Assembly (NCBI GenBank): GCA_046726915.1
Contig: JBKPBS010000008.1
Span: 10-64,009 of the forward strand
Source of the DNA: Actinomycetota bacterium
GTDB lineage: Bacteria > Actinomycetota > Thermoleophilia > Solirubrobacterales > Thermoleophilaceae
Direction: 5' to 3'
DNA: 64,000 nt
The notes under the pieces are model-generated. The model was not told the DNA's origin. It made no database searches and saw nothing but the letters and a program-made list of their open reading frames with translations. The translations under genes and the position numbers were made by a program. Every line of letters begins with the position of its first letter. Positions within the stretch are counted from its first letter, which is position 1. Shown piece after piece: positions 25,812 through 35,175 of the stretch.

Positions 25812-26996
25812 ATGCCAAAGACTGTGATTCTCGGCGCCGCGCGGACGCCGTTCGGGAAGATGGGCGGGGCGCTGGCCTCGCTTGACGCGACCGATCTGGG
25901 GGGCACGGCGATAGCGGCCGCGCTCGAGCGGGCGGAGGTCGCGCCGGACCAGGTCGAGCACGTGGTGTTCGGCCAGGTGCTCCAGGCGGGCCAGGGGCAG
26001 ATCCCGAGCCGGCAGGCTCAGATCAAGGGCGGCATCCCGAAGGAGGTTTCCTCGGAGACCGTCAACAAGGTCTGCGCGTCGGGCATCCGCTCGGCGGGCA
26101 TGGTCGACCAGTCGATCCGCGCGGGCGACCTCGACATCGCCGTCGCCGGCGGCATGGAGTCCATGTCGAGCGCGCCCTACCTGCTGAAGCAGGCGCGCTT
26201 CGGCTACCGGATGGGCGACGCGAAGGCACTCGACGCGATGGTGCACGACGGGCTCACCAATCCCTTCACGGGCAAGCACATGGGCGAGGAGGCGGACGAG
26301 GTCGGCGAGGAGCTCGAGATCACCCGCGCCGACATGGACAAGTTCGCGTTGCGCTCGCACGAGCTCGCGGTGCAGGCCACCGACGAGGGGCGCCTTCCGG
26401 AGGAGATCGTGCCGGTAACGATCAGCTCCAGGAAGGGCGACACGACGGTCGAGATCGACGAGGCGCCGCGGCGCGACAGCTCGCTGGAGTCGCTCTCGAA
26501 GCTGCGTGGCGCGTTCCACAAGGAGGGCGCGCACACCGCCGGGAACGCTCCAGGCGTGAACGACGGCGCCGGCGCGCTCGTGCTCGCCTCGGACGAGTGG
26601 GCGCGGGCGAACGGACGCCCGGCGCTCGCCACGATCGTGGCGCAGGCCGCGGTGGCGGACGAGTTCCCGTACCTCGCCCGCACCCCAGCGAACGCCGCCA
26701 CGAAGGCGCTCGAGAAGGCCGGGCTGAGCGTCGACGACATCGACCTGTTCGAGATCAACGAGGCGTTCGCGTCGGTCGCGCTCAACTCGATGCGGATGCT
26801 GGGCGTCGACGAGTCGAAGGTGAACGTGAACGGCGGCGCGATCGCGCTCGGCCACCCGATCGGCGCCAGCGGCGCGCGCATCCTGATGACGCTCGTCAAC
26901 GAGCTGCGTCGCCGCGGCGGCGGGCTCGGCTGCGCGGCGATTTGCTCCGGCGGCGGGCAGGGCGACGCGGTGATCGTGGAAGTGAACGGGAGCTAG
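25812..26996 (+). CDS. Acetyl-CoA C-acetyltransferase (thiolase)
   Basis: MPKTVILGAARTPFGK, active-site NKVCASG, NEAFA, GGAIALGHPIGASGARI and CSGGGQG. Confidence 0.95.
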   Translation: MPKTVILGAARTPFGKMGGALASLDATDLGGTAIAAALERAEVAPDQVEHVVFGQVLQAGQGQIPSRQAQIKGGIPKEVSSETVNKVCASGIRSAGMVDQSIRAGDLDIAVAGGMESMSSAPYLLKQARFGYRMGDAKALDAMVHDGLTNPFTGKHMGEEADEVGEELEITRADMDKFALRSHELAVQATDEGRLPEEIVPVTISSRKGDTTVEIDEAPRRDSSLESLSKLRGAFHKEGAHTAGNAPGVNDGAGALVLASDEWARANGRPALATIVAQAAVADEFPYLARTPANAATKALEKAGLSVDDIDLFEINEAFASVALNSMRMLGVDESKVNVNGGAIALGHPIGASGARILMTLVNELRRRGGGLGCAAICSGGGQGDAVIVEVNGS

Positions 26997-27018
26997 AGCC
27001 CCCACTAGCCTGGGGGCC

Positions 27019-27798
27019 ATGGCAGCAGCAGCCTTCTTCGACCTGGACAAAACCCTCATGGAGGGTTCCAGCGCCTTTCACTTCGGCCGGGCCGCCTACC
27101 GCGCCGGGATGGTCTCACGGCGCCAGCTCGCCCGTGACGCCTGGGCGAACCTGAAGTTCCGGCTGAACGGCTCGACCGATGCCGGGACCGACGAGCTGCG
27201 CCAGCGCATCCTCGACTCGATTGCCGGGCAGCGGGTCGTGGACCTGTCGCGGATGGGCCCGGACGTGCTCGCCGGGATCCTGCCGCTGCTCTACCGCGAG
27301 GTGCTCGACGAGGCCTATGCGCACCAGGACGCGGGGCGGCGCGCCTACATCGTCACGGCCGCCTCCCAGGAGCTGGCCGACGTCCTCGCCCACGTGCTGG
27401 TGCTCGACGGCGGCGTCGGGATGCGGAGCGAGGTGCGCGACGGCGTCTACACCGGCCGCCCCGCCGGGCCGTTCACGTACCGCGAGGGAAAGGCCGAGGC
27501 GATCCGCCAGCTCGCCGCCGCCGAGGGGATCGACCTGTCCGAGTCCTACGCCTACTCGGACTCGGAGTCGGACCTGCCGATGATGCACGCCGTGGGCCAC
27601 CCGGTGGCCGTGAACCCCGACCGCGCGCTCGAGCGGGTCGCGCGCGAGGAGGGCTGGCGGATCATGCGCTTCGACAAGCTCGGCCGGCGCCTCAGGTGGG
27701 GCGCGGCCGTGGCGAGCGTGGCGCTGGTGGGCGGGGGCGGCGGGTACGTGGCCGCGCGGGGGCGCCGCCCGCGGCGCCGGCTGTTGCCGCGCCGCTAG
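27019..27798 (+). CDS. HAD-IB family hydrolase (SerB-like) with C-terminal TM tail
   Basis: AAFFDLDKTL (DxD motif I), VTAASQE (motif II region) and YSDSESDLPMM (motif IV). Confidence 0.85.
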   Translation: MAAAAFFDLDKTLMEGSSAFHFGRAAYRAGMVSRRQLARDAWANLKFRLNGSTDAGTDELRQRILDSIAGQRVVDLSRMGPDVLAGILPLLYREVLDEAYAHQDAGRRAYIVTAASQELADVLAHVLVLDGGVGMRSEVRDGVYTGRPAGPFTYREGKAEAIRQLAAAEGIDLSESYAYSDSESDLPMMHAVGHPVAVNPDRALERVAREEGWRIMRFDKLGRRLRWGAAVASVALVGGGGGYVAARGRRPRRRLLPRR

Positions 27799-27823
27799 GC
27801 GGAGCCCCCACGCCGCGAAATCG

Positions 27824-28465
27824 CTAGTGCACGCGGGCGACCCGTACGCGGCTGTTGCCGGCCACGTGGTCGGCGTCGCCGTTGAAGTGCACGCGGTATG
27901 CCCTGGTCCTACGCGGGCGCAGGGTCCTCGCGTACGACGAGCAGGTCTCGCCAGGAATGTCCTTGAGCACCAATGTCCTCAAGCTGCGCCACTGGTTCGG
28001 TGCGACGCGGACCTGGAGCGCCACGGCCGTGCCGTCATGCTCCGGGCAGAGCCGGCCCGAGAAGAGGACGCGCTGGCGGACGGCCGGCGTCCGATCCGAG
28101 AGCGTCAGGCTGATCGCGGGCCGCACGTTCACGTCCACCGTCTTGCTCTCCGAGTCCGCGGAGCGAGCCCGGTAGTGCGTGTTCACCGTGGGCTTGTCGG
28201 CGAACGACCAGTCGCCCGACGCGTTCGTCTGAGTGGTGCCGGCGGTCTCGAACGTGCCGAACGGGAACGGGTCCTTCTCGACGGTGACGCTCTGCCCGCT
28301 GTTGTTCTGCCCGGTGAGCTTCCCCGACAGCGTGGCGGTGCCGCCGAACCTGACCTCGGCAGTGTTCGGGCCGATCTGGAGGTTCTTCGGCTGCGGCTGG
28401 GCTGACAGCACAGCCGGCATCGCCAACACGGCGACTGCTGCGATTGTGATGGCTGTTCGCTTCAA
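27824..28465 (-). CDS. Secreted beta-sandwich-like protein, paralogue A
   Basis: Signal peptide MKRTAITIAAVAVLAMPAVLSAQP. It shares FGG..TLSGKL..., NASGDW..., RVxFSGRxCPEHD and the ending DHxAGNSRVxxARVH with the next gene. Confidence 0.75.
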   Translation of the reverse strand: MKRTAITIAAVAVLAMPAVLSAQPQPKNLQIGPNTAEVRFGGTATLSGKLTGQNNSGQSVTVEKDPFPFGTFETAGTTQTNASGDWSFADKPTVNTHYRARSADSESKTVDVNVRPAISLTLSDRTPAVRQRVLFSGRLCPEHDGTAVALQVRVAPNQWRSLRTLVLKDIPGETCSSYARTLRPRRTRAYRVHFNGDADHVAGNSRVRVARVH

Positions 28466-28486
28466 GTCGATTCCTCCCTGATGCCG

Positions 28487-29122
28487 CTAGTGGACGCGCG
28501 CGCGCTTCACGCGGCTGTTGCCCGCCGCGTGGTCCGTGTCCCCAAGGAAGCGGGCCCGGAAACGCCCGTCGCGGCGGACGCGCTTGACCACCGAGTACGA
28601 CGAGCACGCCACGTTCGGGATATCGGCGAGGACCGGGCTGGCAATCGTCTTCCAGCCGGTGCTCGAGCGCCGCTGGAGCGCGATCGTGACGGTGTCGTGC
28701 TCGGGGCAGACCCGGCCGGAGAAGGTGACTCGCTGCCCGCGGCGGGGCGTGCGGTCGGACAGCCTGAGGGAGACCGCTGCGCGGACCGTCACGTTCACCG
28801 GCGTGGAGTCGGTGTTGCCGACGCTTGCGCGGTAGCGCGCGTTGGCGTCCGGCTTGACCGCCAGCGACCAGTCGCCCGTCGCGTTCGTCGTGGCGGTGCC
28901 GGCGTTGTCGAACGAATCGAGCGGCAGGACGTCCCGCTGGATGCGCACGTTGCGGCCGTCGACGTTCGGGCCGCTCAGCTTCCCGGATAGCGTGATCGAG
29001 CCGCCGAACTTCACCGCGGTCGGGGCCGCGGTGAGCGTGAGCGAGCGTCCCTGTTGCTGGGCTGACGCGGAAACTGCGAGGGCAGCCATGCAGGCCACCA
29101 CGATGGCGAAGGTGCGCTTCAT
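28487..29122 (-). CDS. Secreted beta-sandwich-like protein, paralogue B
   Basis: Only the last 211 aa of track ORF 28487..30331 are protein-like, from ATG at 29122 (MKRTFAIVVACMAALAVSASAQQ...). Collinear with paralogue A. Confidence 0.75.
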   Translation of the reverse strand: MKRTFAIVVACMAALAVSASAQQQGRSLTLTAAPTAVKFGGSITLSGKLSGPNVDGRNVRIQRDVLPLDSFDNAGTATTNATGDWSLAVKPDANARYRASVGNTDSTPVNVTVRAAVSLRLSDRTPRRGQRVTFSGRVCPEHDTVTIALQRRSSTGWKTIASPVLADIPNVACSSYSVVKRVRRDGRFRARFLGDTDHAAGNSRVKRARVH

Positions 29123-29197
29123 GCAGATTCCAACGCAGGAAAGGCCCGGAAGTTGCAGTGTTAGGCCCTGCCCTGAACGACCGATGCGAGAGGGAGG

Positions 29198-30517
29198 ATG
29201 CACGCGACGGTGCCCCCATTCCCAGGCAGCGACCTGAAGACGGCCGCAACGAGCGTGCTGCGGGCCAATGACACCGGGCGCTACACGCTGCCGTCCCGCA
29301 CGACCTACCCGCACCAGTGGAACTGGGACTCCGCGCTGATCGCACTGGGCTGGGCCGAGCTCAATCCGGCCCGGGCGTGGACCGAGCTCGAGGCGTTGGC
29401 CGGCGCCCGCGACGCTCAGGGGATGATCCCCCACATCGCCTTCCGGAAGGGCCTCATGCCGATGCTCCCGGGGCGGTATCTCCCGGGGCCGCGCTGGTGG
29501 GGGAGGCGCACGAGCGCGGACGGCCGGCGGATCTCCGGGATCACCCAGCCGCCGCTCGCGGCTACGTGTATGCGGCTGGTATTCGAGCGCCATCCGGACG
29601 AGCGGCGCGCCCGCGGCCTGCTCGGCCATTTCCACGCCTGGCACCGCTTCCTCGTCGACGAGCGCGACCCGCACGGGCGCGGCGAGCCCGTGCTCATCCA
29701 CCCCTGGGAGTCCGGGCGCGACAACGCGGTCGAGTGGGACGGGCCGCTCTGGCGGGTCGTGCCCGAGGTCGTGGTCGTGCGCCGCAGGGACACGGACCAC
29801 GTGGACGCCGCCGAGCGCCCCAGCCTCCAGCACTACCGCCGCTTCCTGACGCTCGTGCGCCAGGGCACCGCGACCCGCTGGAACCAGCGCGAGCTCGCGC
29901 GGAGCGGGCGGTTCCGCGTGCTCGACGCCGGCTTCTCGGCGATCCTCGCGCGGGCGTGCATCGACCTCGCGCACGTGGCCGAGCGGCTCGGCGAGCATCG
30001 GGTCGCGAGCGAGAGCCGCGCCGCCGGCGAGCGCGTGGCCGCCGCGCTGCGCGCCCGCGCCGACTCGGACGGGCTGATCCGCGCCCTCGACGCGACCGAC
30101 GACTCTCCGCTCTCCCTGACGAGCGCCGGCTCGGCGCTCGCGCTCCTGAGTCCCGACCTCGGCGACAAGGAGATCGCCGCCGCCCGCGCGATGCTCCAGG
30201 GGCCGCTCTCCTCGCGCTACGGGGTGCGCTCGCTGGACCGCGCGCACCCCGAGCGCTCGCCGCGCAACTACTGGCGCGGGCCCGTGTGGGCGAACATCAC
30301 CTGGCTGACTGCGCTCGGGCTGGCCACGCACGGCGAGGCGCGCGCGGCGCAGACGCTGCGAGACCAGATGATGGTCGCGATCGAGGGCGGCGGGATGCGC
30401 GAGTACTTCGCCCCGGAATCGGGCCGTGGCCTGGGCGCCACCGACTTCGCCTGGACCGCCGCGCTGTGCCTGCGTGAGCTCGGTTCGGCCGCGGGCGAGC
30501 TCGCCCTGGCGGCCTGA
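29198..30517 (+). CDS. GH63-like glycoside hydrolase (mannosylglycerate/glucosylglycerate hydrolase-like)
   Basis: YPHQWNWDSALIALGW, IHPWESGRDNAVEWD and RNYWRGPVWANITWL resemble the (alpha/alpha)6 GH63/MGH family. Confidence 0.7.
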   Translation: MHATVPPFPGSDLKTAATSVLRANDTGRYTLPSRTTYPHQWNWDSALIALGWAELNPARAWTELEALAGARDAQGMIPHIAFRKGLMPMLPGRYLPGPRWWGRRTSADGRRISGITQPPLAATCMRLVFERHPDERRARGLLGHFHAWHRFLVDERDPHGRGEPVLIHPWESGRDNAVEWDGPLWRVVPEVVVVRRRDTDHVDAAERPSLQHYRRFLTLVRQGTATRWNQRELARSGRFRVLDAGFSAILARACIDLAHVAERLGEHRVASESRAAGERVAAALRARADSDGLIRALDATDDSPLSLTSAGSALALLSPDLGDKEIAAARAMLQGPLSSRYGVRSLDRAHPERSPRNYWRGPVWANITWLTALGLATHGEARAAQTLRDQMMVAIEGGGMREYFAPESGRGLGATDFAWTAALCLRELGSAAGELALAA

Positions 30518-30540
30518 GCGGCTAGCCGCGGACCTAGACT

Positions 30541-32202
30541 GTGAAGGCGATGGCAGTCGAGCCGCGCCAGATGACCGACGCCGAGCGCTGGTACAGGGAG
30601 CGCTTCCAGCGCACGCCCGAGCGCGAGGCGCTGTTCTCCACCCTGAGCGGCGAGCCGGTCGAGCCGCTCTACACGCCCGGCGACGTTGGTCCCTTCGACG
30701 AGCGGATCGGCTTCCCGGGCGAGTATCCGTTCACGCGCGGGGTCTACCCGTCCATGTACCGCGGGCGGTTGTGGACGATGCGCCAGTTCGCCGGTTTCGG
30801 CACCGCCGAGGAGACGAACGAGCGCTTCCGCTACCTGCTCGACCACGGGCAGACCGGGCTCTCCACCGCATTCGACATGCCGTCGCTGATGGGCCATGAC
30901 TCCGACCATGCGCGCTCTGAGGGCGAGGTCGGCCGCGAGGGGGTGGCGATCGACACGCTCGACGACATGGAGAGGCTCTTCGCGGGGATCCCGATGGGCG
31001 AGGTCTCCACGTCGATGACGATCAACGCGCCCGCGGCGGTGATGCTGGCGTTCTACGTGGTCGCGGCGGAGCGCCAGGGCGCGCCGCCGGAGCAGCTGGG
31101 CGGCACGATCCAGACAGACATCCTCAAGGAGTACATCGCCCAGAAGGAGTGGTGCTTCCCGATCGATCCGGCCATGCGGCTCGTGACCGACATGGTCGAG
31201 TTCTGCGCACGGCGCATGCCGCGCTGGCACCCGATCTCCATCTCGGGCTACCACATCCGCGAGGCCGGCTCGACGGCGCACCAGGAGCTGGCGTTCACGC
31301 TGAAGGACGGGTTCACGTACGTGGAGCACGCAATCGAGCGCGGCCTCGACGTTGACGAGTTCGCACCGCGGCTCAGCTTCTTCTTCAACGCGCACATCGA
31401 CTTCTTCGAGGAGGTCGCGAAGTACCGCGCGGCCCGGCGGATCTGGGCGCGCGAGCTGAAGGAGACCTACGGCGCCCGCGACGAGCGCTCGCTGCTCATG
31501 CGCTTCCACACGCAGACGGCCGGCGTGTCGCTCACCGCTCAGCAGCCGCTCAACAACATCGTGCGCACCGCCACCGAGGCGCTGTCGGCGGTGCTGGGCG
31601 GGACGCAGTCGCTGCACACGAACTCCTACGACGAGGCGCTGGCGCTGCCCACCGAGGAGGCGGTCCGGGTCGCCCTCCGGACCCAGCAGATCATCGCCCA
31701 CGAGACCGGCGTGACAAACACGATCGACCCGCTCGGCGGCTCGTACTTCGTGGAGGCGCTGACCGACCGGCTGGAGGAGGCGGCCTACGCCGAGTTCCGC
31801 AAGATCGACGAGCTCGGCGGGATGGTCGAGGCGATCAAGCAGAGCTACCCGCAGCGGGAGATCGCCGAGGCGAGCTTCCGGCTCCAGGGGGAGATCGAGC
31901 GCGGCGAGCGCGTGATCGTGGGCGTGAACCGCTACGAGCAGAAGGACGACCGCGACCTCGCGATCCTCCGCATCCCGGAGGAGCTCGAGCGCAAGCAGAT
32001 CGGCCGCGTGCGGGCCGTGCGGGCGCGCCGCGACGCGCAGGCCGTGGAGAGCGCCCTGGCCGAGCTTCGGGAGGCCGCCGCAGGCGACCGCAACCTGATG
32101 GCGCCGCTCCTCGCCTGCGCCCGCGCGCACGCGAGCGAGGGCGAGATCGTGGAGTCGCTTCAGCGCGTCTTCGGGACCTACACGGAAACCCCGGTCTTTT
32201 AA
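30541..32202 (+). CDS. Methylmalonyl-CoA mutase family, large (catalytic TIM-barrel) subunit
   Basis: [61 protein letters not shown] and [16 protein letters not shown] are present. There is no B12-binding domain in this ORF. Confidence 0.95.
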   Translation: MKAMAVEPRQMTDAERWYRERFQRTPEREALFSTLSGEPVEPLYTPGDVGPFDERIGFPGEYPFTRGVYPSMYRGRLWTMRQFAGFGTAEETNERFRYLLDHGQTGLSTAFDMPSLMGHDSDHARSEGEVGREGVAIDTLDDMERLFAGIPMGEVSTSMTINAPAAVMLAFYVVAAERQGAPPEQLGGTIQTDILKEYIAQKEWCFPIDPAMRLVTDMVEFCARRMPRWHPISISGYHIREAGSTAHQELAFTLKDGFTYVEHAIERGLDVDEFAPRLSFFFNAHIDFFEEVAKYRAARRIWARELKETYGARDERSLLMRFHTQTAGVSLTAQQPLNNIVRTATEALSAVLGGTQSLHTNSYDEALALPTEEAVRVALRTQQIIAHETGVTNTIDPLGGSYFVEALTDRLEEAAYAEFRKIDELGGMVEAIKQSYPQREIAEASFRLQGEIERGERVIVGVNRYEQKDDRDLAILRIPEELERKQIGRVRAVRARRDAQAVESALAELREAAAGDRNLMAPLLACARAHASEGEIVESLQRVFGTYTETPVF

Positions 32203-32210
32203 GGGCTTTT

Positions 32211-32237
32211 CCCCCGTCCACCGGGGGCGCAAGTTTT
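32211..32237 (+). terminator. Weak stem-loop plus short T-tract after the mutase large subunit
   Basis: CCCCCG-tccac-CGGGGG followed by gcaagTTTT. Confidence 0.35.
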
Positions 32238-32301
32238 CAAGAAGTGCGGTCTCCGAGCCGATGCAAAGGGCAGTTCCCTCCGTGCCGCGGGAAAGGAACC
32301 C

Positions 32302-34290
32302 GTGACACCTGGCTTCACCCGAACCGCCTTCTGTGCAGTGACAGTCGTGCTGGCCCTGGCCCTTGCTCCGGGAGCGTTCGCCGCGCCCGAGGTCGGGGAC
32401 GCCGGCGATCTGCGCGCGACGGCGAACGACATGGGCGCCGGCGCGGTGACGACGATTTCGGGCAGCTTCACGGACGCCTCCGACGCCGACCTCTACCGCA
32501 TCTGCCTCTCGGACGGCGCCTCCTTCTCCGCGAGCACCGTCGGCGCGACCACGCTCGACACGCAGATGTTCCTCTTCGACTCGCAGGGGTACGGGGTCTA
32601 CGCGAACGACGACTGGAACGGTTCGCGCGGATCCATGCTGCCGGCGCAGCACCGATTCTCGCCCCGCGCCGGCGGCGAATACTTCCTCGCCATCAGCTCG
32701 TTCAACCGCGACCCCCAGAGCGTGCAGGGCGAGATCTTCCAGGACAACTTCAGCCGCCCCCTGTACCCGGACAGCATCGTCGACGCCAACGGGTTCGGCG
32801 CCGCCGAGACGCTCATCGGCTGGGCCGGACGGGCGTCAGGGCCCCCAGGGCTCTACGAGATAACGCTGACCGGGACGGCTCCATGCGACACGACGCCTCC
32901 CACCGTCGACCTGCGCAGCCCGGTCGACGGCGCCCACGTGAAGCAGGGGGCCGAGGTGGTCGTCGACTTCTCGTGCGCCGACGAGGAGGGCGGCTCCGGC
33001 CTCGCCTCGTGCGTGGGCACGACGGCCGACGACGCGCTGCTTGACACGAGCGAGCTCGGCGCGGTGCCGGTGACGGTCACGGCGCGCGACCACGCAGGGA
33101 ATCGGACCGTGGTCACCCACACGGTCACCGTCATCGACGAGACGAAGCCGGAGGTCACGCTGGCCACCCCGCCGAATGGGGCGGTCTACGACCGCGGCGA
33201 GCACGTCGCCGCCGACTATTCATGCGCGGACGAGCCGAACGGCTCGGGTATCGAGTCCTGCGTCGGCGACGTGGCGGACGGCGCCGACATCGACACGAGC
33301 ACGCTCGGCGAGCACACCTTCAAGGTTGAGGCCACGGACCGGGCCGGGAACACCGGTTCGAAGTCGGCGACCTACACGGTCGTTGACGCGACCGCGCCGG
33401 ACATCGCGGTTACCACCCCTGCATCCGGCGCGGTCTATGGCCTCGGCGACCACGTGACAGCGGACTACGCGTGCGCTGACGAGCCGGGCGGCTCGGGCCT
33501 CGCGACCTGCACAGGCAGCGCCGCTAACGGCGGCGCGGTCGACACCTCGAGCGTCGGCGAGAAGACGTTCACGGTCGAGGCCATGGACAACGCCGGGAAC
33601 GCGGCCTCGAAGAGCGTCACCTACACGGTGGTCGACCAGGCGCCGCCGGTGATCAGCCTCACCGCGCCGGCCGACGGGGCGGTGTACGAGCTCGGCGAGC
33701 ACGTGGTTGCTGCCTACTCGTGCGAAGACCAGCCGGGCGGCTCGGGCGTGGCCGGCTGCGACGGAACGGTGGCGAACGGCGCGGCGATCGACACGTCGAG
33801 CCTCGGGGAGCACAGCTTCGAGGTGACCACCTCGGACCGGGCCGGGAACACCGCGTCCAGGGTGGTCACCTACCGCGTGGGCTACGACTTCGACGGCTTC
33901 ATGTTGCCGGTCAAGAACCTGCCGAGCATGAACAGGTGGAAGGCCGGCCTGCCGGTGCCGATTCGCTTCTCGCTGAACGGCTTCCGGGGCGCGCGCCCCG
34001 AGGCGGACGGCTACCCGCGCTCCATACGCTGCGGTGGCGGGGACGCGGAGCAGATCACGCGCGCCCGCGCCGCGCAGAAGGCGCCCGTCTTCAGGTACGA
34101 GCGCCGCTCGGACGAGTACGTGATGCTCTGGAAGACCGCGCACAGGTGGATGGGAACCTGCCGCGAGTTCGTGCTGCGGCTGGAAGACGGCAGCGTCCAC
34201 AGCGCGCGGTTCCAGTTCATGAAGAAGCGCCCGGACAGCGGCCGCGATCGCGGCGACGACAGCGACGACAGCGGAGACGGCGGCGACTGA
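32302..34290 (+). CDS. Secreted multi-domain surface protein (N-terminal PPC-like domain, four Ig-like repeats, C-terminal GFxxPV domain, acidic tail)
   Basis: Signal peptide ...ALALAPGAFAAPE. The N-domain has DADLYRICL...MFLFDSQG...YFLAISSF, followed by four ~82-aa repeats, then GFMLPVKNLPSMNRWKAGLPVPIRFSL, and it ends in DDSDDSGDGGD. Confidence 0.85.
   Translation: MTPGFTRTAFCAVTVVLALALAPGAFAAPEVGDAGDLRATANDMGAGAVTTISGSFTDASDADLYRICLSDGASFSASTVGATTLDTQMFLFDSQGYGVYANDDWNGSRGSMLPAQHRFSPRAGGEYFLAISSFNRDPQSVQGEIFQDNFSRPLYPDSIVDANGFGAAETLIGWAGRASGPPGLYEITLTGTAPCDTTPPTVDLRSPVDGAHVKQGAEVVVDFSCADEEGGSGLASCVGTTADDALLDTSELGAVPVTVTARDHAGNRTVVTHTVTVIDETKPEVTLATPPNGAVYDRGEHVAADYSCADEPNGSGIESCVGDVADGADIDTSTLGEHTFKVEATDRAGNTGSKSATYTVVDATAPDIAVTTPASGAVYGLGDHVTADYACADEPGGSGLATCTGSAANGGAVDTSSVGEKTFTVEAMDNAGNAASKSVTYTVVDQAPPVISLTAPADGAVYELGEHVVAAYSCEDQPGGSGVAGCDGTVANGAAIDTSSLGEHSFEVTTSDRAGNTASRVVTYRVGYDFDGFMLPVKNLPSMNRWKAGLPVPIRFSLNGFRGARPEADGYPRSIRCGGGDAEQITRARAAQKAPVFRYERRSDEYVMLWKTAHRWMGTCREFVLRLEDGSVHSARFQFMKKRPDSGRDRGDDSDDSGDGGD
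32890..33882 (+). repeat. Four tandem ~246-nt (82-aa) coding repeats
   Basis: Repeat consensus: P.V.L..P..GAVY.LG.HV.ADY.CADEPGGSGL..C.G....G..IDTSS.GE.TF.VEA.D.AGN...KS.TYTVVD. Repeat boundaries fall at about aa 197, 281, 363 and 446. Confidence 0.8.
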
Positions 34291-34333
34291 ACCACCGGTG
34301 CGAGGCGCGCGTACCCACTAGCGTGCCCGCCTC

Positions 34334-35086
34334 ATGAAGCATGTCGCCCTGCTCGCATCGATCTATGCGCTGATCGTTGTCCTGGTACTTCCTGGCTCGA
34401 TCCTCGCGCAGGAAGAGGCCGCGCCTACGGCGACCGAGACGACGCCCGCTGAGGCTGCACCCGCTGAGCCGGCTCCCGCCGAGCCGGCGCCGGCCCCTGC
34501 CGAGGCCACGCCCGCCGAGCCGGCCCCGCCTGAGCCGCGGTTCCTCGCCGACGAGGGCGCCGACTCGCCGGATCCTCAGCCCAAGGCCATCGCGGCCGCG
34601 AGTGGCTCCGTCACGATCGCGGACTTCAGCTTCAGCCCCGCCACGATCACCATCAACCAGGGCGACACGGTCACCTGGAACAACAACGGGCCCACGCCGC
34701 ACTCAGCCACCGCGAGCGACGGGTCGTTCGACACCGGCATTCTCAAGAAGGGCGGCAGCGGCTCGCACACCTTCAGCCAAGCGGGCAGCTTCTCCTACTT
34801 CTGCAAGCCGCACCCGTTCATGAAGGGCACGGTCGTGGTGCAGGCAGCGCAGACCGGCGGTGGCGACACGAGCGGCTCTGGCAGCGGCGACACCGGCGGC
34901 GCGGCCGGCACGGGTGGCACCGGCGCCGAGGCTGCCCAGTCGGACGGCGGTCCGACGCTGCCGAACAGCGGCAGTGACTCCGGCGCGCTCCTGGTGCTGG
35001 GCGCCCTGATGCTCGTGCTGGGGATCGCCGTGCATCGCCGCACGGCTGAGCACGAGCCGCGCGCCGCTGGGCGAATTGGCTGGTAA
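34334..35086 (+). CDS. Amicyanin-like type-1 copper protein (cupredoxin) with LPXTG-like C-terminal anchor signal
   Basis: Signal peptide, then a Pro/Ala/Glu-rich stalk, then a cupredoxin domain with ligands PHSA...YFCKPHPFMKGTVVV (compare the amicyanin CTPHPFM loop). A Gly/Ser/Thr linker follows, then LPNSG plus a hydrophobic helix plus HRR. Confidence 0.85.
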   Translation: MKHVALLASIYALIVVLVLPGSILAQEEAAPTATETTPAEAAPAEPAPAEPAPAPAEATPAEPAPPEPRFLADEGADSPDPQPKAIAAASGSVTIADFSFSPATITINQGDTVTWNNNGPTPHSATASDGSFDTGILKKGGSGSHTFSQAGSFSYFCKPHPFMKGTVVVQAAQTGGGDTSGSGSGDTGGAAGTGGTGAEAAQSDGGPTLPNSGSDSGALLVLGALMLVLGIAVHRRTAEHEPRAAGRIGW

Positions 35087-35135
35087 GCGGCGTAGCCGCG
35101 GTTACAGCGCCCGGACGGCGCCGCTGCCATCAGAT

Positions 35136-35156
35136 GTGCGGGCAGGATGCCCGCAC
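35136..35156 (+). terminator. 8-bp GC stem-loop between the cupredoxin and mutase small-subunit genes
   Basis: GTGCGGGC-aggat-GCCCGCAC. No T-tract. It ends 20 nt before ATG 35176. Confidence 0.35.
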
Positions 35157-35175
35157 GGGGTAACCTCCCGCCGCG

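Noticed and set aside
23254-25827. 857-aa plus-strand ORF covering pepA and the neighbouring secreted-protein gene
   Set aside because: It is antisense to an unmistakable M17 aminopeptidase (NTDAEGRL) and has Arg/Gly/Val-rich low-information composition.
30268-32652. 794-aa minus-strand ORF (with similar ones at 10347..12290, 38472..40010, 39671..41161 and 45437..47128)
   Set aside because: All lie opposite strongly supported genes (mutase, xylF, etfA, ETF-QO, prfA) and show the Arg/Pro/Ala bias of non-coding frames in GC-rich DNA.
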